This document shows positions 12,001 through 25,886 of a stretch of DNA of 64,000 nt, in pieces. The notes beneath the pieces are model-generated. The model was given only the letters and a program-made list of their open reading frames with translations. It had not been told where the DNA came from and searched no databases. This DNA is from Lepidodermella squamata (Eukaryota; Animalia; Gastrotricha): assembly GCA_047495785.1 (NCBI GenBank), contig JBLDXI010000032.1, positions 1,240,001-1,304,000 of the forward strand. The letters are read 5' to 3'. Positions within the stretch are counted from its first letter, which is position 1. Every line of letters starts with the position of its first letter. A program made the translations under genes and the position numbers.

Positions 12001-13709
12001 AATTTCTTACTAATTTATTAATGAAAGCTTGCGTATATTGCTTGAAGATTCTAATACTTACGTCCAAAAGGAAAAAAAGAGAGAAAACACGCGTAAACTC
12101 ACGTTCGATTGATCAGTCATGCCCAACTACGCGAAACTCGCCCTGAGTGACGTTCCTTTTGCCTTTATCATTACGTGTTATTCCGACCACCCTAAAAATT
12201 ATTTCGCGCCGTGCCAGTCCCAGCCCGGCACCGCCTTAATCGTTCTGTTTTTCAATTTTTCTCATTAGAATAGACGGCTGAATTACGAGACAATTTACAG
12301 TTGTATCATTATCATCGTATTATCGGCATTGTTCGGCCGAGAAGATGAGAGTAATCGGCTTGCCATCATCATCATCGTTTTCTGGGCAACTCTCAAAAAG
12401 CGCGCGGCCGCAATGGGGCCAATTTTACGCGCGCTCATTCGGCTATAATTCAATTGACAAAGCAATATACCCGCGAATAATAACAAAAGACGCGTCTTGT
12501 TATTTCTCGGTTTTTTTTCCTTTCGCCCATGTATATTTCGTTTTTCCAAATGATCAGACACAAATTTTCAGCAATTTTATTCATGGACTACTCCTTTGCG
12601 TAACCCTTTTAGAAAATATGTGCACATTTTTAGTGCGCATCTCATTTTTTTGCGCGCGCGATATTATTATTATTAGTATGCGAGATAGAGGCTGGGCGCA
12701 TTATTACCAGACGCCCAATTTGCCGCGCCATTCCCTGCGCTCAGCACTGTTTTGATAACAGCGACGTCGTTCGTAACACACGACGACAAAGTGAATAATA
12801 GATGCATTGTACAAAAAAAATCCTAAGCGAAAAAACGACGATGATGAGTTGAGGCGGGCTGCTTAATAACATTTCCTCGTATTGATGGAGAAAAAATAAT
12901 TACATTCCACGCACTATATGCAGGCGACCATTTTTTCCTCCATATATAGATAATATATTTGGCCGCATTATCCCGCGCATCGCATACGTTTAATTCGATA
13001 ATCTATATTTTTAGTCGAACCAATCGTATTTTTTCCCCGGCCGCGTTTTTCATTCCGTTCGCTTCTGAGGACACTCCGCGCGTCAAAATTGGTCCCTTCA
13101 AGCCCGCAGGCACTGGCGACAAAAGAGACGCCGTTCGTGTTATTTTTTTCGCAATTTTTCTCGAGCTAATCGACAAACTTTTCGCACTTGAGAGTCGCGT
13201 CTTGTCGCACCTTACTTGAGTTCGTGCCCTTGAGATATGAATCGGCTAATTTTTTCCTGCGACGTTGCCACGCGTAACGCCGGGAAAAATAATTAAGCTA
13301 ATATTACCCCAAAAACAACTGTCATCTCGTTTCATGTCATCTATAGGTATCCATCCTTCTGTTGGGGAATTTCGATATTCTTACGATACGTGTTATCCTT
13401 GCGCAAACAATCTTGGCGCATCGATTGCTGCTTGGGCGCGAAAAATTATGTTCTCTCCTATATTATTTCACACCTCTCGCGAATCGCACTGAAAATTGTA
13501 CGATTATAATAATATTATTGGTTATGGCAATGGCAAATATTTAAATAGTGTTCGCCGAAAAATATATAGCTGGCGACGCAAAAATACCATTAAAAAAAGC
13601 AGAACCACGCTTCTTCAACCACACCTCATGATCGCCAAGGCAACCTGTTTTTTACCTATAGGGTGTTTAAAACCTGATGAACACTTGACGCGTTACACGA
13701 ATCGAAGCG

Positions 13710-15816
13710 ATGAGCAATAGAAAGTGGCTTCGCGAGTTTCTGCGCAAAAAGGAAGCCGACGATATCGAAAAGTTCCCAGGATGGGACTTGCAGAAGGAAC
13801 TTCCGAAATACCCGGTTCCGGAGGTTTCCGACACCATCCGCATGTTCCTCAACGTTGTACGCGCAATATCGAACGATGAAGAGTACGACCGATTCGAGAA
13901 ACTGGCGCTTCAATTCGCCGAAAGCGAGGTTGCAGTCAAGTTGCAAGCTCATATCTTAGAAAAAGCGCAGAGGGTCGACAACTGGGCTTACAGCTACTGG
14001 CTGGATGACATGTATCTGCGCAACATGATACCGCTGCCGATCAATTCAAACCCGGGCATGGCTTTTCCGGTTGAAAACTTCAAATCGCCAGACGATCAGC
14101 TGCGACACGCGGCTAAACTCATAACAGGAATTAGCGACTTCATCGGAATGATTCAAGAGTGAGTATAAAAAATCCTCCTTAATTGAATTTTTCCAGAAAA
14201 TCAGCTTTCAGCCTAATTTTGGATGAATGCTGAATTCCGCCCTTAAATTAATTATTTTGTAAAAATCAGCTTTCAGCTGATCTCTGAATGATGAGTGATG
14301 AATTTGATTGACCTTGTTACTTTTTGACAGACGTGCTCTACCGATCGATCGAGCCAATGCACGCGAACGTGGCCAGCCGTTGTGCATGGAGCAGTATTAT
14401 CGGTTGTTCTCATGCTACCGTTACCCAGGTCACGGTTTGGATACTCAAAAGTGCTACCCGCCAAATGGCCCTGACACCTTGCATGCGGTAATCGCCTGTC
14501 GGGGTCAGTATTTCGTCCTCAATCTGTGGGCTGCGAATGACTGGTTGACGGAGGAAGATGTTTTCAGCCAGCTGCGCCGTATCAGGCGCCGTGCAATAAA
14601 CGCAGTTGAAACTAAGGAAGACTATCCTCATGTTGGCACTTTCACTTCCGAACAGCGCGATCGTTGGGCCGATGCTTGGGATAACTTGGTCAAGGAACCT
14701 CTGAACAAAGAGTCTCTGCGCGCCATCGAAACGGCGCTGTTCATTGTCTGCCTCGATAAGCCGGTTCAAAAGCTCGAGGGTCACTCGACGTATACCGAAG
14801 AGCAGCTGTTAAGATGGATGTTGCATGGCAATAATGTCAAAGATAATGCTTCCAATCGTTGGTACGACAAAACTATTCAGTTCATCGTTGGCGAGGACGG
14901 TGTTTGCGGGCTGAATTATGAACATTCAGCAGCTGAGGCTATTGTCATCTTTCAGCTGCTTGACTACTACTTCAAATACATGAACGCTGTCAAGGACATG
15001 CGACTGAAGCGCATGACATCGATTTGCGACCTACCTGAGCCGAGGAGATTGGAATGGCGACTAGATCCTCTGAGTCTACAACAGCTAAGCGCTGCAAAGT
15101 TGCACCTCCAACAACTCATTGACAGTCTTGATTGCCGCGTCTTGAGATTCAACGACTTTGGCCGCAACTTTCCTAAGGACAGTGGCATGAGCCCGGATTC
15201 TTTCATCCAAGTCTGCCTCCAGTTGACGTTCTACCGCCTGCATGGCAAGGTCGTTTCGACGTATGAAAGTGCGTCGATACGACGCTTCAAAGCCGGGCGT
15301 GTCGACAACATTCGTGGCTGTTCGACCGCAGCGTTAGAATGGGCTAAGGCTATGATTGACAAGGACTATCAAGCCACGAATGAGGAGAAGCTTGAACTGC
15401 TGTGGTCAGCAGTTGAAGCTCAGACTGAGTACATGTTGAAAGCTATCCTTGGCGCCGGGGTGGATAACCACCTGCTAGGTCTGAAGGAAAGTTGCGCCGA
15501 ACTCGGCGTTGATCCTGTCCCTGAATTCTTCAACGATCCTATGTACAAGAAAGCGCACTGGTTTGCGCTTTCGACTAGTCAGGTGACAACTTGGAATGAC
15601 TCTTTCCTGGGCTACGGCGCGGTTGTGCCCGACGGTTATGGCGTTTCGTATAATCTGCACCCGAACAGTATTGTATTTTGCATCGGCAGCTTCCACCACA
15701 ACGATGAAACGTCGTCGGACAGATGGGCAGTCGCCCTTGAGCAGAGCCTGCGCGACATGAAAGAGCTCATTTCAACTACGAAACTCATCACGCCGCGGGC
15801 GCGCCTCTACAGCTAG
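13710..15816 (+). CDS. CHAT: Choline O-acetyltransferase
   Basis: Exons 13710-14158 and 14331-15816; splice acceptor at 13661 upstream of the ATG. Motifs: LPKYPVP, YWLDDMYL, PLPINSNP, QPLCMEQYYRLF, NRWYDKTIQF, catalytic His in EHSAAE, SPDSFIQ, TYESASIRRFKAGRVDNIR (VDN is the choline-type specificity motif), LSTSQV, GYGAVVPDGYGVSYN. Confidence 0.97.
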
Positions 15817-16653
15817 AGATCGGTTCTAACTCTTAGCCAAAAACTACTGCCGAAATTGAAAGAAAAAACTGGCACGACTCCCTTTAATGTTAAACACCGA
15901 TTTGGTATTTATTATCTCATGATTTATTTTTTGATATATTTAATAGAGAGTAGATACCGTCAAGTGATTTTGTGAATCATTCCGTATGTCTGTTTTAAAG
16001 TGGGAACGTCTTTGCAATACTCTGGAGATGAAAAATACTTGAATAATTATTTCTGTGCCATTTTTATTATATCTCATCACGATCTCATCATTTTTGCATG
16101 CATTTTTCTCTAGTTATTTGCTCTAGTCTTCGAAACTTTCTTTCGTCTATGTTTCAATCAAATATTATATTATGGGTTCGAACTTTTACTCTGTAGACTG
16201 CACTTTTTAACTTCATCGTCCCGGTGTTTTGCGTACTCCGCTGTGTATAATCCTTTCTTCACGAAGAATAACTCGCAATTTTGGATAGTTGACGATTCTC
16301 ACATTCAGTACTTTTCTAGCTTGATATTTGCATTCTTTTCTCGTGAACACCAGTCGAATGACTCTGTGTATGATTCATAAACGTTTCACTGAGCGTCTTT
16401 AATCATAAAAATTCATCACAATCAAAAACCTCCTCAGCTCCTCCAACAAATTTCGAAATAATGCAGATTTATCCTAATTTAAAGTAGCTATCCTGTTAAA
16501 ATCAAAATTGAGCATGGCCGACTGAGGACAATAAAACACGAAGGTTTTGGCAATTGGTGTGGCTTGCGAGGTCATCGGATAAGACAGCGGCGTTTTTTTT
16601 ATCAGTTTCTAACTATAGTGGTGCCGCGGTAACTCGGTCACATTAATGAGTTA

Positions 16654-18329
16654 ATGAGTTCAGAAATGCTAGTTCTCCTTCCTTTATTGGTTATCTTCGC
16701 CTCTATTGCAATCGCAATTGCAATTCATTGGATTAGCCGAATCCTGACAGCACCGTCGAACTTACCACCTGGCCCGTTTCCACTTCCAATTATCGGAAAT
16801 GCACACCTGTTCTTCTTTCGTGAAGTTCCAGAAGTTTTGGCTGACTTGAGACGCAAGTATGGAAATGTAGTAACCCTGTATTTCGGCCACAGTTTTCGGA
16901 CAGTGGCTTTTCTTGGGTACCATCCATTATCAGACATATTCACTAGTAAAGAAACTGCTGAAATCGTGGCGGATAGACCCATCTCACACAACGAGATTAG
17001 AGGAGTTCAAACAGGTATCACATGGGCAAGTTGGGCCGAAGCTAAACAAAGACGGAGATTCGTGTTACGGGCTTTCAAAGACAACGGCCTAGGATTGAGT
17101 AAGATGGGTGAACATGTTTTCGAGGAATTGCGAGTTTTCATTGGCCACCTTGAAAGCTCATCTGGTAAGGAGGATGTCGATATTGGCTCGCTGTTGACGA
17201 CTCATCTCGCTAGCTGCGTGCTTCAAACACTCTACAGCCAGAGGTTGGATTTGAGTCAGAAGCGGAGTGCTTTGCTCTACAACTATGGCAAGGTCTTCTT
17301 CGAGTCAACTCTGTTACACCATTTCTTAGCCCCTTACCTCAGTTTGTTTTTACCGGATAAAGTCGCCAGGTAAAGCCGATCCATATTTGAAAAATCCTAA
17401 GTTATGCTCTACAATTTTGATAGAGCGGAGAAGCAAATGGAGTTAGCAATGGAATCATGGCTAAGACCTGAGCTTGAGAAACGGCGAGCATCTTTCGACC
17501 CTTCCACTTGTGTAGATTTCTTGGATGCCTACCTATTGGCTGAAAGGGAAGGAAATGAGATGCCTTTTGAAGCTTTTAGTAGAATTCTTGTCGATCTCTT
17601 CATCGCTGGTAATTGCGAGCCATACTCATTATTGCATCACCTTGAATCATCTTTTCGCTGTGAACTAGGAATGGAAAGCTTAGCAGAAACTACAAATTGG
17701 GCAGTTTACTATTTGGCCCACATGCCCGACGAACAAGAGCGGCTCAGGAAAGAGTTGGATTCTATCGTACCCCTAAGTTGCCAACCTATGCTGGAACATA
17801 GATCAAAGCTCATCCGGCTAGAGGCTTTCTTCAATGAAGTACATCGACACTCGAACAGAATGGAGGTGATTATTACTAAGTAATACTAAGTTGAGTATTT
17901 ATGTCAGTTTTGAAGGTTCTGCTGCTAAGAGCAACTACGAAAGAGCTGAAGATAGACTGTAGCAAAGTCAAAGAAGTCTCACGAACTTGTATCTTACCAG
18001 CTCACACCCCCGTAATGTTTTCACAAGTTCCAAGCAACACCGATCAGGAGTACTGGCTCGATCCTGAACATTTTCGAGTCGACCGATGGCTAGATCCTGT
18101 GGACGGAAGCCTACTGCGTCACGATCACTTCTTGCCGTTTGGTCTTGGAAAGCGCAGCTGCCTCGGCGAGCAGCCGGCACGTGGTTTGATGTTCCTAACC
18201 ATCGCTTCGATGTTGCAAAAATGCACATGGAAGCTAGCAGAACCGAAACTGACTTTGAAAGATTGCACCAGAGCTATTAACCGCAATGCACCACATGGTT
18301 ACAAATTGAAATTCACCTTGCGCTTGTAG
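16654..18329 (+). CDS. Cytochrome P450, CYP2 clan
   Basis: Exons 16654-17369, 17424-17608, 17669-17865, 17916-18329. N-terminal anchor plus PPGPFPLPIIGN, WAEAKQRRRF, DFLDAYL, I-helix DLFIAGMES, EVHR (ExxR), FRVDRW, heme motif FGLGKRSCLG. Confidence 0.93.
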
Positions 18330-18662
18330 CTTTTCATCTTCAATGGGAATGATACATGTTGAAGATTTTTAAAGTATGAACGATTTATTCTAAAGACAGG
18401 AAGAAGTTGGCAAAAATGTCTGATTAGCTGAATGTCTGATAGCTACGTCTAATGAACGTGTGATGGAACATCAAATATGGCGTGTGTGATCGCATTTCTA
18501 AAAAAATCTTTTCCCACGTAAAATTTTACATGAGTGCTGAAACGACGAGTATTTCGTGCACTATCCTCGGATAAAGCGGAAGCACTAGGCAAAGGGGTCA
18601 TAGAACCGGCATTCAGTTGATGCGGATCATAACTCCATCTTCTCGAGCTATCGTTGTTCAGC

Positions 18663-21564
18663 ATGTTGCTATTATTTCTTTTGGCTGTTACTTTGGCTAC
18701 AGCAGCGGCTGAATCTTCAAACTTGAATTCATCCGTTTACCTCTCGAATTATACGGCAAAAACAACAAGAATAAGGCTTGATGACCCTATGCCGTTAACA
18801 ACAAGCGATTCAGTTGATCCAGCTCAGAAGAATCGAACTATTTTAAGAATTTTGGCGTCACAGACGTTCACAGGCGTTATAGCAGTTGGTCCAATTTCCA
18901 CTGAAGCTCAAGCTGTTGCGTTAGATCATTTGCGATCCATCGAATCATGGCTACCGAAATACCAAGTAGTCTTCGAGAATTTCGACGATCAGGTTTAAAA
19001 CAACACATATTTTCAAGATTGGTTCTATAGCGTTATATTTATTTCAGTGCGATGATGCTGTTGCGGTAAATCAGCTGATGCTGCGAATCAGAGAGAATGA
19101 GCATAGTCAGAATAGATTCCCCCTCGTGCTTCTCAATGAATGCCGCGACGTCAGCCAAGTAATAACTTCTTTCATAATGGAGCCTATAAACTTCCTCGGG
19201 GTAAGCCTTCCCATGGCTAATCTCATGGTTTATTTGAGAATCCTGATTCCTGATTACAGCTTACAAATTATCAATTGGATATGCGACTATTCAGGAAAAG
19301 GGAGAAATTCCCCAACTACTTCACGATTGGAGAACGAGCAGACTACTACTACATAGCATTGGCTAAATTCATTCGCAAAATGGGCTGGTCAAGGGTCGGT
19401 GTAATCTCAGAAATAGATCCATATTGGAACTTGGTAATATTCTATTTTCACTTTTTAAGTCAGTTCAAATTATTTGATCTCCTTCCAGATGGACAGCTTT
19501 ATGCTTGAGCACTTCGATCAGCATAATATCACAGTTGTCTATTTAAGCAAAGTGATGCTCGCGACCACAGATGAGGCAGAAATGGCTTCCGCTTTCGAAG
19601 ACCTTCGTGCTCGCCAACCCCGCATAATCATCGGGAACGTGTTTACTTCGGCAAGTATCGGATGCTGGCTTTATCGATCTGGTTTTTATGGACCAAGTTA
19701 CGTCACATTCATGCTGACCTTCAACAGCTTCAACGAGCATACCGAGGCTCCTGTTGACATGTGGCCCTGGTGCGAAAAGCAAATGCTCCACGCTGTTTTC
19801 AAAAGCATGATCTTGTACTCAGACACTTCGATGGCAGACGTCTACGGACCTGAAGGTGCTAGGGACTCCAATAATTTTTCAACATTAGACGTCCAAAAGT
19901 CACTGCAACTCAAAATCGAAAGGCCTGAGTTGAGCCCAGCCTGGATTTACGGACCATGGCCTTATTACGACAGGGCATATGTCGTAGGAATGATTCTTAA
20001 CATTACCGAAGCGATTTTGAATGAGCGTAACCAGACTTTGTCAGACTGGACTGTCGAAGGGCAAAAGTTCAAAAACAACGGATTTGAGATCGTTGAAACC
20101 CTGAAGCAAGCTATTCTTCGGCTGAAAGTTACTGGGCTGAAAGGGTCCTACGAGTTCGATAAAAAAGCTATGTCTATTGGTACTCAACCAGTTGTCTTTT
20201 TCCAACCAATCTTCACTAGCGATGTTGACGCGATAACTGCTCCTGTCGGATATTACATGTCCACAAAGGCCGACCCCTTGATTTTAAGGAACTCAATCAA
20301 ATGGCGCACGACTAACGGGGTTGTTCCTAGGGACAGATTAGTCATCATGGCAATAGAATTGCCAATGCTCGATAAGGTTGAGGATGTTACCCTGAAAGTA
20401 ATAGCAGCTGTTTCTTTGATGATCACCGTCATTTTTCACTTGCTATCGGTTTGTGCTGCAAGGATCAGTTTCCTTTCCTCCATGGCACGCGAATTCAGTT
20501 TTCATGACATTTTGGAATGCGCAGGGGATTTAATGCTAATTGCCCACATTTTTCTTATCCCGTCGACCTTGGCAGCCTACGCTGCACCCTTCTGCACAGC
20601 CTTTACTTTCTTCGTGATTGTTGGATTCTTTTTGAGTAGTTTAGCCGCAACTAATTTCATGGGCCAGAAGCTATTGGATGAGATGACTGATTCATTCCTT
20701 AAGCAAGAAATCCCTCGGGCCTTCCGGAGAAACGATACGTTCCACACCAATCAAACCTTGCGAACTTTAGATACCATCGAAGTGGTGCCGCGTAATAGGA
20801 AATCAAGATTTGCTAGCAGTTCTTACCAGTCTCGCAGCACCCTGATCAGCACGTATAGCAGCGCTCAATATCGTGCTGTTTCGGCAAATAGATGGTTTCG
20901 ACTAAGTTCTTCACAGACTGCTGTGGTTTTTCACATAACAACTCATGTCATTTTCGCGGCTGCGTTGCTAATCAGCTCTCCAGCATCTGATCAAATCATC
21001 CTTGATAAATTAACGTATTCAGAGCTAGACGAAAGCTTGGCCTATGAATACATGCGACAAGAATGTTCTGTCATCGACTCAGTTTTATTAGGATCTGAAA
21101 GTTCGATTGCATTGACCGTAATTTTAGTGATCTCACAAATCTATTGCATATTGAAAGGATTGATTCACGCGGTTCGAATTCAATCGGTAAGACCTTCTAA
21201 AGAAAGTCTATTTGAAACACATTTTTATCCGGTATACAGGTGTCTCGCACTCAGCCGCTGTCGCAACGGCTAAAACTCACCTCAATCGTAGTCATCAGTC
21301 AATTCACAGTTCTGATAGCAGCGGGATTCATCGGAACCCTAATCCCATCAAAGGGTCGGTATCTGCTTCTACTTCTCTCCTCATCAGTTCTCGTGATGTT
21401 ATGGACAAAATGTTTCCTGATCTACTTACCCGAGGTAATATTATCGTGGGTAGTAAAAGACAAATTGTGGCTAATTCCGAATTTTTCAGATTTATGGGCG
21501 CAAACTTGCCACTAGCGTGGCCGATAAAAAAGGAAGTCGAAAGACTGCTGATGAACTGAACTAA
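18663..21564 (+). CDS. Class C GPCR-like receptor (GABA-B-like: Venus flytrap + 7TM, no Cys-rich domain), tandem copy 1
   Basis: Exons 18663-18992, 19048-19200, 19260-19433, 19489-21186, 21240-21434, 21490-21564. Signal peptide; DDQCDD; KFIRKMGWSRVGVI; RIIIGN..CWLYRSGFYGPSYV; seven hydrophobic segments ending LIYLPE. Confidence 0.85.
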
Positions 21565-22912
21565 TATTTTTAACACCTATACATACCCTTTGAATAATAA
21601 TAATGTGATCTTATTACATCCTTGGTTTCCTTGGTTTCCTTGGTACCTGAGTAATATCAGGAAACATAGCAATCCAAATTTATTGGGAGGAAATGTCTCA
21701 GTTGGGCAAAGGTCTGGGCCTAAAACAGCGAAGCACGTTTAAAAATTATTGATTGAATCTAACCTAACAAAAAGGATCTATTTTCCGCTTGTTGGCCATT
21801 CTTTCGGTGACGTTAGTCGATTCGTTATCCACAACCCAATGCCGTCCACCTCAACTGTTTCGGTTGAAAGATAGTTGATCGAAAAATAATTGTTGTGCTA
21901 AAACTCCACCCCTATAGTGGAGTCTCACGAGTCGGCTTACTCTCTATGTAGAGTCCCATAAACTGTGGCTGTGGACTTCGTGGGTTTTAGAAGCTTGGTG
22001 AAGAAATGTTAAACGAGCTATTAACGCGTGACGAGTTTTCGTCGGCTTATATAACTCAATTTTTCCTGAAATTATCCTGAACAAAGTGATGCAATGAAAT
22101 TCAGCACTTGAATCAATTTCCTCACAGGCCAAACATCTGGAAAATCCCACACTTTCATTTTTGGAGATACATTTTGGACGTTCGTTAAACCTACATACCG
22201 TATTTGTTCCTATTACAGCCTGGGCTACTAAAATGTCAGCCTCTAAACTTTTTAAAATTAAAAAATAATTTTCGGTGAATCGTTCATTTTTGATGTTTTC
22301 GAACCGACTTGACCCCTCAACCCTGGTGAACGTAATGTTGGAACAAATACGGTAGTTATTGTTATAAAACAGCCTTTTCACCAGCTTTTCCAGTGGTGAT
22401 CTCTACCTGATTCATAGCCACGGTAACACCATCAAATTGTCGCTGTCTACAGTTCCTAATGACTGTCATTATTCTCGCATGGAAAAAATTGCAATGCCAA
22501 AGGTGTGAGTTTGTTAGTAAACAGCACCTTTCTCATTTTTCATGTCATGCATTTCAAGCTCTCCCCACTATCGGCAATCGGTGACTTCGAGCACGATACT
22601 CCCTATGTATAGCTTATTAATCATGTTACAATTTTATGACAGAATAAACGTGTTAGTTCAATTAGGTCTGGCCTTAGGGCATACGTGATTTTAGTGAATT
22701 CTCGCGTCCGCGGCTGCTTCAACACGTGAGTTGTTGCCGTTCCATATGCGATGTGTGCGATCATCGAAGTAGCTGTATCGATATTTACCAAGGACTCAGA
22801 GAAGTACGGAAGTCACGATGTCACAGCTCAGCGTTCGGTATATATAACTGCCTATCCCTGTTTTTCCCGCCTGTTGAAAAATAGTTCAGAACTTTACATT
22901 TTGGTAAAAATA

Positions 22913-25886
22913 ATGATCAGCGTTTTAGCTACCGTTTTGATGGTCGTACGTTTCGTATTCAGTCAAGGGATTAATACCACTGATAAATTTGACAATTCGT
23001 CCTCTAAAATAAAGCTTGACAGCCCATTGCCTAACCTGTTGTTCAACATGAAACAACCACTAAGCCGACGGGATAATGTTGAGATAAGAATTCTAGCGAC
23101 AATGTCTTATTCGGGCATTGTTCCGATCGGACCGATCACCTCCATTTCCCACGCTCTCGCCATCGAACGGCTCGAATCGTTGGAAAATTGGCTCCCTGGC
23201 TACAAATTGGTCATTGAGCCCATTGATGATCAAGTAAGAAATTCAGTCTATTGAAATAATTTCTGTTTCTACTTTGTTTGCAGTGTGTCGATTCAGTAGC
23301 AATCGGTACCTTTGTCAATCAAGTGTTGGATGAAGGCGCGGCCAACAGATTTCCACTAGCGATCTTGACAGAATGTAGGGACGTCTCACAAGAAATTACA
23401 GCACTACTGCTCGAACCTAATAACTACTTTGGAGTGAGTTAACTCATTCGTTTTTAATCCAATTCTGATTATTCTTGTCAAAGATTGCCAACTACCAACT
23501 TTATTTGAAGTTTTTCGAAAAGCGAAGCCAGTATTCAAATTTTTACCCTATTGGCGAGCGAGCAGACTACTATTACATTGGATTGGCGAAATTCATCGTG
23601 AAAATGGGATGGTCAAGAGTTGGGGTCATATCAGAAATCGATCCTTACTGGAACTTGGTAAGTTGTTTTACTTTAGGTAGCTTGTGGCCCTGTATTGACA
23701 GTCCCGCGAACTTTTGATGGACAGATGGACCAGTTCCTTTTGGATCACTTTGACGAGCACAATATCTCAGTGGTGTATCTTAGTAAAATAATGGCTGACT
23801 CGCTTGATGAAGCGGTTATTGGGGAAGCCTTCGACAAGTTGAAGCAGAGAGATACAAGGATAATAGTTTCGCAGGGATGGTTAGCTCCAAGTATTGCTTG
23901 TTGGCTGTCAAGGTCTGGCTTGAGCGGGCCTAACTACATAACCTTCACGCTAGCTTGGGCAACGGTCGACGACAAAACTGAACCACCGACTGACATGTGG
24001 CCGTGGTGCACGAAGGAAATGATCGATAAGGTTTATTACAATTTTCTCAACTCATTTCTGTGTTATATTTCTTGTTTTAAAAGGTATATCGGACTGTTTT
24101 TGTGTACTCTGATACAACATTGGGAGACATCTTCGGCAAAGACCTTATGACAGACTTCACCAATTTCACCCAGAACAACGTACATGCTACTTTGAGGGAA
24201 CGAATCGAAGACCCTGAAAAGAACCCGAACTGGTTGTATGGGCCGTGGGGATACTATGACAGAGTCCTAGCTGCTGGGCTCTTGCTCAACGAAACAGAGA
24301 ACTTACTAAGAGGGAAAAATCAAACTTTATCAGACTGGCTTGTTGATACTGATCGATTCAAGACAAGCGGATCTGAGATTATTACTACCATGAAGCAGGC
24401 AGCTCTTCGAATGAAAGGAAGAGGATTGAAAGGTTCTTACCAGTTTGATGGGAAAAAATTGCTGCCCAATGGAACTCAGCCCATTGTTTTCTTCCAGCCA
24501 ACTGCTGTCAAATCCGAATTCGTAAATCTACCCGTTGCATGTTACATGTCATCTCTTAGCGAGCCTTTATTCCTTATTTCGCCCGTTACCTGGCGAACTC
24601 CGAGTGGACAACCTCCAAAGGATGCGACAACAGTGGTTGTAGTTCAACTGCCCATTTTGACCACGGCAGCAAACGCGGCTTTGAAAACCGTTTGCTCACT
24701 GACGCTGATCTTCATCTTTCTATCCGCAATATTGGAATTTCGCGGAAAACGCTTTTCGCCTCGCATTGAACTCAATTTTGGAGCAATAGATTGGGCAGTG
24801 ATAATTGGCGATGTCATAATGCTTGTTCCCATATTTCTTGTTCCTTTCGATATCTCAACGATTCTGAATGGTATCTGCTCTGCAATTATGGTGATGATTT
24901 TCATCGGCTACTCAGTGAGTACTTTTGGTTTGGTTTATGAACTCGAGCTGAGATTCCACGGCCGCCGCCGTGTAAGGAACGCGAATACACCATCTCGTCA
25001 TACAAAAACCACGGAGATGAGGGCAGGATCTTCGCTCAATTACGATGGAGTTTCTCTAGCTGGAACAGTATCAAGCTTGGGTGGCGAATCTCCGATCCTG
25101 GAAGAGAGCGCTTTTCAACGCTTACATGAAGCGCTTGAATTATTAAAAATGTGGATTTTGATGAGATCCAAAGGGACGATAATCGCTGCTTGGGCCATAT
25201 TCCAAGCCGCAATGATCCTGGCCATGGTTGCGATATTTCCTGTAGAGAGTGGCTTCTCTGTGCAAGAAATTTCTTATTCTATCGAAGACGATAGCGTAGC
25301 TTTTCAACGAATGAAGCAAACGTGTTACGTCCTTGAAAGAACTATCTTTCGAAATAGGGACTCGACGATTTTGGCGGGTTTCATTGCATTAACTCAGCTT
25401 GGCCTGATTGCAAGAGGGGTCATCACAGCTGTTCGAATCCAATCGGTAAGTTCTGACTAAATACGTTTCTTGAATTATCGATGCGTCAATCTCTAGAAAC
25501 TGAAAGCAAGATCTGCAGTAGCCAATGCGAATATCGTAGCAGTCGCTAACACTCAGCAGGTAACTTGAAATGAATTTCCTTTACCTATATCGTATTAAGC
25601 GGTACTTCAGAAACCTCAAAGCTTACCGAGCCGATCGAAACTTATTTCCTTAGCAATTGGATGTCAGGTTTCTATAACGATAGCGGCTGCTTTTATTGGA
25701 ATTCTTCGACCGTTCGATGGCGAATATCTACTGATCCTATGCTCATCAGCTGTACTGGTACTAAGCTGGATCAATTTTGGATTCATCATTTTACCCCAAG
25801 TATGTTGCCGCATTAACCTTTAAGACATAGGTATTTATAATCACCTTGAATTTCAGGTTCTATTCGCTTTATTCATTCGCCGCTAA
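22913..25886 (+). CDS. Class C GPCR-like receptor (GABA-B-like), tandem copy 2
   Basis: Exons 22913-23233, 23284-23433, 23484-23657, 23725-24030, 24084-25445, 25497-25559, 25611-25799, 25857-25886. Paralogous to copies 1 and 3 (GERADYYYI, SEIDPYWNL, DMWPWC, YYDR, NQTLSDW, WRT..G.PP.D). Confidence 0.85.

Noticed and set aside
4609-12380. Possible long-range pairing flanking VAChT (aaacaatgatgatgaagatggc at ~4609 with gccatcatcatcatcgttt at ~12362), analogous to the nematode R2 pair
   Set aside because: Built on a low-complexity (ATG/CAT)n tract that is common in these regions, so it cannot be distinguished from chance by eye.
9100-13600. ORFs between VAChT and ChAT
   Set aside because: No protein-like features; best explained as 3' UTR and intron of the cholinergic locus.
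5886-13672. ttaaaacaccc (5886) complementary to the ChAT acceptor junction gggtgtttaa (13661)
   Set aside because: Only ~8-10 bp with a bulge; expected by chance over several kb.
21944-22381. 145-aa minus-strand ORF between GPCR copies 1 and 2
   Set aside because: Non-ATG start, no recognisable motif, and no terminal repeats found.
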